This document shows, piece after piece, positions 59,944 through 64,000 of a DNA stretch of 64,000 bases (positions are counted from its first letter, which is position 1; every line of letters begins with the position of its first letter). The stretch is from NCBI GenBank assembly GCA_031417555.1, contig JANOVV010000028.1:77984-141983 (forward strand), read 5' to 3'. The notes beneath the pieces were generated by a model. The model worked only from the letters and a program-made list of their open reading frames with translations, was not told the origin of the DNA and did not search any database. This DNA is from Bacteroidota bacterium. Its GTDB lineage: Bacteria > Bacteroidota > Bacteroidia > AKYH767-A > 2013-40CM-41-45. The position numbers were made by a program, and so were the translations under genes.

Positions 59944-61323
59944 ATGAATTTTAAAACTATCATTGAACCATTTCGCATTAAGACTGTTGAATCTATTGTT
60001 ATGAGTACCATGGAACAAAGAATAAAGTTTCTGGAAGATGCTTATTACAATCCTTTTTTTCTAAAATCCGATCAGGTAATTATTGATTTTTTGACGGATA
60101 GCGGTACATCTGCAATGAGCAATAATCAATGGGCCGCCATGATGCAAGGCGATGAATCATATGCAGGTGCCAAAAGCTGGGAACGTTTTGAAAAGGCCGT
60201 ACATGATCTGACCGGAATGCCTTATATACTTCCAACGCACCAGGGACGAGCCGCCGAAAGAATTTTATACAGCCATTTGGGAGGTAATGGAAAGTATTTT
60301 TTAAGTAACACTCATTTTGACACTACTCGCGCAAATATAGAGTACAGCGGAGCAACAGCTCTTGACATTCCAATTCCCGAATCAAAAGATTATTTTTCAT
60401 CTTACCCTTTCAAAGGGAATCTCGATATTAAAAAACTTGTCCAAATAATAACTGATTTTGGAGCTGAAAATATTGCTGCTGTAATTCTAACGGTGACAAA
60501 TAACAGCGGCGGCGGACAACCGGTCAGTATGGAGAATGCCAAAGATGTTGGAAAAATTTGTAAGCAATACAATATATTATTTATTCTTGACTGTTGCCGT
60601 ATAGCTGAGAACAGCTATTTTATTCATGATCGTGAGAAAGGATATGACGAGAAAACATACAGAGAAATTGCCCAGGAAATGTTTTCATTAGCCGATGCTT
60701 GTATTATGAGTGCAAAAAAAGATGCCCTTGTAAATATGGGAGGATTTCTTGCTCTCAGAAACACTGAACTCGCTGACGCTTGTACTCAAATGTTGATTAT
60801 AACGGAAGGCTTTACTACCTATGGAGGTTTATCCGGAAGAGACATGGAAGCTATCGCCGTTGGCCTGGTCGAGGTATTCGAAGCCGACTATTTGAAATAC
60901 AGGATTAAAAGCACTCAATATCTTGGAGAAAATATTTTGAAAAAAGGAATACCTATAATTTATCCTGTCGGAGGACATGCAGTTTACATCGATGCAAAAA
61001 AATTGTATCCGTTAATTTCTGTAAACCAATATCCCGGTCAGGCCCTGGTTTGTGAATTGTACCGAATAGGAGGAATACGAAGTGTTGAAATAGGTTCTGT
61101 CATGTTCGGAAAATATGATAATCATGGAATTTTAATTGCCGCTCCTATGGAATTGGTCCGACTCGCCATTCCTAGACGTGTTTATACCCAATCACATATT
61201 GATTATGTTATCGAAGTATTTGATGAAATCATAAAAACAAGAAACAATGTTAAAGGAATGCGTATAACAAAAGAACCAAAATATTTAAGACATTTTACTG
61301 CGCATTTTGAAAAAATTAATTAG
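59944..61323 (+). CDS. tnaA: beta-eliminating lyase, tryptophanase-like paralog
   Basis: [68 protein letters not shown] (TnaA-type C-terminus). Confidence 0.7.
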   Translation: MNFKTIIEPFRIKTVESIVMSTMEQRIKFLEDAYYNPFFLKSDQVIIDFLTDSGTSAMSNNQWAAMMQGDESYAGAKSWERFEKAVHDLTGMPYILPTHQGRAAERILYSHLGGNGKYFLSNTHFDTTRANIEYSGATALDIPIPESKDYFSSYPFKGNLDIKKLVQIITDFGAENIAAVILTVTNNSGGGQPVSMENAKDVGKICKQYNILFILDCCRIAENSYFIHDREKGYDEKTYREIAQEMFSLADACIMSAKKDALVNMGGFLALRNTELADACTQMLIITEGFTTYGGLSGRDMEAIAVGLVEVFEADYLKYRIKSTQYLGENILKKGIPIIYPVGGHAVYIDAKKLYPLISVNQYPGQALVCELYRIGGIRSVEIGSVMFGKYDNHGILIAAPMELVRLAIPRRVYTQSHIDYVIEVFDEIIKTRNNVKGMRITKEPKYLRHFTAHFEKIN

Positions 61324-61379
61324 AATTTATTTTGATTTCGCAAAAATCAAAGTCACTTATCTCAATAATATTTCAATTC

Positions 61380-61916
61380 CTAAATTTTCTCTTTTTCCCA
61401 AAACGGATCATTCCATAAAACACATTCTTTCAATTCGCTTTCATTTGGCCGCATTGTTTTCAGAACTTCTTCAGAAAAATCATTTTGTATTCTCGGAAAA
61501 AACACTCTTTCTTCAAGCCTGATATGTTTTTCCAACTTGTCGGCTATTTCTGAAAGTAATTCCTTTTTATTGGTGGTTGAATCATTTAATTTTTTGAAAA
61601 GTTCTCTTATCGTTTGGTGCTGAATTAATATTTCTTTTTTGTCGACATCGTCATTAGCCAGCTTTGAAAGAATATATTTTTCTTCTCTTTCCATATGTTT
61701 TGAGAGCATCTCATTAAAATGAAAAATACAGTAATCAATAATCCGATTATTTGAAATGTTTTTCTTTAACCCTTCATTTATTTTCCACACTAATAAAAGT
61801 TCGTCGTGATGCTCTCTTGAATAATCTTGTAACGCTTCATGTCTTTTTAATGCCATACCATATTTTATTAAACAAAGATAAGTTTTTGGAATTTGAAATG
61901 GATAAATATCATCCAA
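61380..61916 (-). CDS. hemerythrin-like metal-binding domain protein
   Basis: H..E / H...E...FP motifs (HHDELLL, HMEREEKYI, HIRLEERVFFP). The real start may be the internal Met at MALKRHEAL. Confidence 0.45.
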   Translation of the reverse strand: MDDIYPFQIPKTYLCLIKYGMALKRHEALQDYSREHHDELLLVWKINEGLKKNISNNRIIDYCIFHFNEMLSKHMEREEKYILSKLANDDVDKKEILIQHQTIRELFKKLNDSTTNKKELLSEIADKLEKHIRLEERVFFPRIQNDFSEEVLKTMRPNESELKECVLWNDPFWEKEKI

Positions 61917-62002
61917 TTTAACACAAAAAAAATATTCCTGCCCTATATTTAAAGAGCAGGAATAATTAATTTACTAAATAAAAAAACAAATTATTATATA
62001 AC

Positions 62003-62587
62003 TCAATTTGCAGGCGGAAGAATAACTTTATCAATAACATGCACGATTCCGTTTGAAGCCGGAACAGATCCTACAATCGTTGCATCATTGATCATGTATT
62101 TCCCGTCTTTAATGTGAATTGTAGCATTGCTGCCATTTACCATTCCAATCACCTGACCATCTTGTAAATTTTCTGTATTCAAAACACCAACAAACACATG
62201 GTATTGCAAAATATCAGCAAGTGCTTCTTTCTTTTCCGGTTTCAATAAACCTTCAACTGTTCCCGCAGGCAATGCATCAAAAGCTGCATTTGTCGGTGCA
62301 AAAACCGTAAATGGTCCATTGTTCGATAAAGCATTTACTAAATCCGCTGCTTGAACCGCAGCAACCAGTGTTGTATGGTCTTTCGAACCGATAGCAACTT
62401 TTACAACATTCGGTTTTGAAATATCGTCATTGATATCTGCCTGTTTTGCAGTGGAACCGGCCGATGCACTTGGGGATGTATTATTTTGTTCGCTTGAATT
62501 TTGATTTCCGGTATTGCTATTCGAACACGATAATAAAAACCCCAAACTGAATCCAAGAATGGAATTGATAAAGAATTTTGTTTTCAT
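62003..62587 (-). CDS. fasciclin (FAS1) domain lipoprotein
   Basis: Lipobox LLSCSN, a low-complexity linker, then FAS1 motifs ...TLVAAVQAADLVNALSNNGPFTVFAPTNAAFDAL.... Confidence 0.8.
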   Translation of the reverse strand: MKTKFFINSILGFSLGFLLSCSNSNTGNQNSSEQNNTSPSASAGSTAKQADINDDISKPNVVKVAIGSKDHTTLVAAVQAADLVNALSNNGPFTVFAPTNAAFDALPAGTVEGLLKPEKKEALADILQYHVFVGVLNTENLQDGQVIGMVNGSNATIHIKDGKYMINDATIVGSVPASNGIVHVIDKVILPPAN

Positions 62588-62769
62588 AAATTTTATTTTG
62601 TGGTTTTAGAATGACAATGTTACTGACTCTTAACTAAAGTAAAAATGATAAATATCATTTTTATGGCAAATTTTTATTACTCTTTTTGTATGCAATATTG
62701 ATTTTTTTTCGAAAAAAGGTTTTAACTCCGAACATAAGGAGTTTTATTGATACGATTTAATTATGTAAT

Positions 62770-64000
62770 ATGAAAAATGGAAATATTCCTTTTTATTTCA
62801 TTGCTGCTGCTTTGATATCACTTTTAATTGGATTGTTATTTGGCGTAGTAGGCGGTATTCAATATATCTTACCCGATTTTTTAAATCTTTTTTTCCGTTT
62901 TATAAAATAAGACCTCTTCATGTTACATTGGTAATTACATGGATATTTACCGGAGCAATCGGTAGCATCTATTACTTCCTTCAAAAATTAAATAAGGGAA
63001 AGCTTTACTCTCCCAAACTAGCTATTCTTCATCTTATTATTTTTATTCTTACAGGCCTTGCAATAATTATATGTTATTTCCTTGGCTATTTCGGTGGAAG
63101 AGAATATTTGGAATTCCCACCTGTTCTTGCTTTACCGATGCTCACTACCTGGATATTATTTTCAATTAATTATTTTATGACAATAAAAGTAAATATCCGC
63201 CAATGGCCGGTTTATTATTGGATGTGGACTTCAGGAGTTATTTTTTTTCTGATAACTTTTGGTGAAGCTTATTTATGGTCATTCCCTTATTTCCAAAATA
63301 ACATCGTCCGCGATATGACTGTCCAGTGGAAAGCAATGGGATCAATGGTTGGTTCATGGAATATGTTAATTTATGGAACCGGGTTTTATGTAATGGAAAA
63401 AATCAGTGGGAATCGTAAATTTTCAAATTCTAAAATGACTTTCTTTTTTTATTTTCTCGGATTAACAAATCTAATGTTCAATTGGGGACACCATACGTAT
63501 ATTGTTCCTGCCGAAAGCTGGATTAAAAATGTTTCATACATAATCAGCATGACCGAGCTATTAATACTCGGTAATATAATTTGGAGTTGGAGAAGAACAA
63601 TTTCTTCAGCAAGAAAAAATGCTCACATCATCGCTTATCATTTTATCGTTGCTGCCGACGTCTGGATATTTTTAAATCTGATTCTCGCTTTAATTATTTC
63701 TATTCCATCTATTAATTTTTATACTCATGGTACACATATTACAGTCGCTCATTCTATGGGTGCTACCATTGGTATTAATACAATGATTTTATTGTCTGCG
63801 CTTTTATATATCCGTGAAACTAAAGACAACTCAAAGATGAAAAAAATAATAAAAACCGGATTTTGGATTACCAATATTTCTTTATTGATATTTTGGATTT
63901 CGCTCATCGGATCTGGAGTTATCAAAGCTCTTGAACTTAACAAAGGTGCTGCTTTTCAACAAATCATGTTTAAATTATCTCCTTGGTTTCATGGCTTTTC
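62770..64000 (+). CDS. heme-copper oxidase superfamily subunit I-like membrane protein (NorB/CcoN-like); the reading frame is broken by an apparent 1-nt deletion near a T7 run (62888-62894) and the gene runs off the window end
   Basis: Frame A (ATG at 62770) encodes a TM helix aligning with the CcoN N-terminus, then stops at 62908. The +2 frame carries on with ...FYKIRPLHVTLVITWIF..., matching the CcoN FGRIRPLHTNAVIF motif. Downstream are WGHHTY and HGTHITVAH His pairs. The frame stays open to 64000. Confidence 0.5.

Noticed and set aside
61324-61379. Possible terminator hairpin (ttgattt-cgc-aaaatcaa) between the convergent tnaA-like and hemerythrin-like genes
   Set aside because: The stem is only 7 bp and entirely A/T, which is too weak to call.

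Overview
This 64 kb window is AT-rich (~35% GC) chromosomal DNA from a Bacteroidota (Flavobacteriia/Sphingobacteriia-like) genome. Three type IX secretion (T9SS) sorting domains, a PorP/SprF gene and a fused ccoNO cbb3 oxidase gene support that assignment.

Gene content, in order:
- a partial MlaD/MCE gene
- a low-affinity iron permease-like gene
- an OmpA protein with thrombospondin type 3 repeats
- small stress or hypothetical proteins
- an alpha/beta hydrolase, an Omp85-like outer membrane protein and a YihY/BrkB protein
- a T9SS-secreted FN3/purple-acid-phosphatase protein
- a thiocarboxylate (CysO)-dependent cysteine biosynthesis operon (cysM-like, JAMM protease, MoaD-like carrier with a GG-LFI tail, E1-rhodanese MoeZ) with a split YeeE/YedE thiosulfate transporter, preceded by a leader that ends in an intrinsic terminator
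- a 3486-aa T9SS type-A protein made mostly of about 90 tandem 24-25-aa two-cysteine repeats
- an intergenic array of five ~254-bp structured repeats, one split by a 139-bp MITE with perfect terminal inverted repeats and a 10-bp target-site duplication
- periplasmic msrA and msrB
- a 3472-aa T9SS type-B protein (twelve exact 300-nt repeats plus SprB repeats) followed by PorP/SprF and an OmpA/TPR/PD40 protein
- a complete cbb3 oxidase cluster (ccoI-ccoS-ccoNO-ccoQ-ccoP-ccoG-fixH-tauE)
- a nitrosative-stress-like neighbourhood (RIC/ScdA, membrane cytochrome c, hemerythrin-like, fasciclin) containing tandem TPL-like and TnaA-like beta-eliminating lyases
- a NorB/CcoN-like heme-copper oxidase gene with an apparent 1-nt frameshift in a T7 run, running off the window end

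The most novel signals are the structured tandem repeat array with its MITE, the Cys-repeat giant adhesin, the CysO pathway with a C-terminally extended carrier, a 26/30-identical ATCCGT-rich element upstream of two unrelated genes, and the frameshifted oxidase. All functional calls come from reading motifs by eye. No database searches were run.
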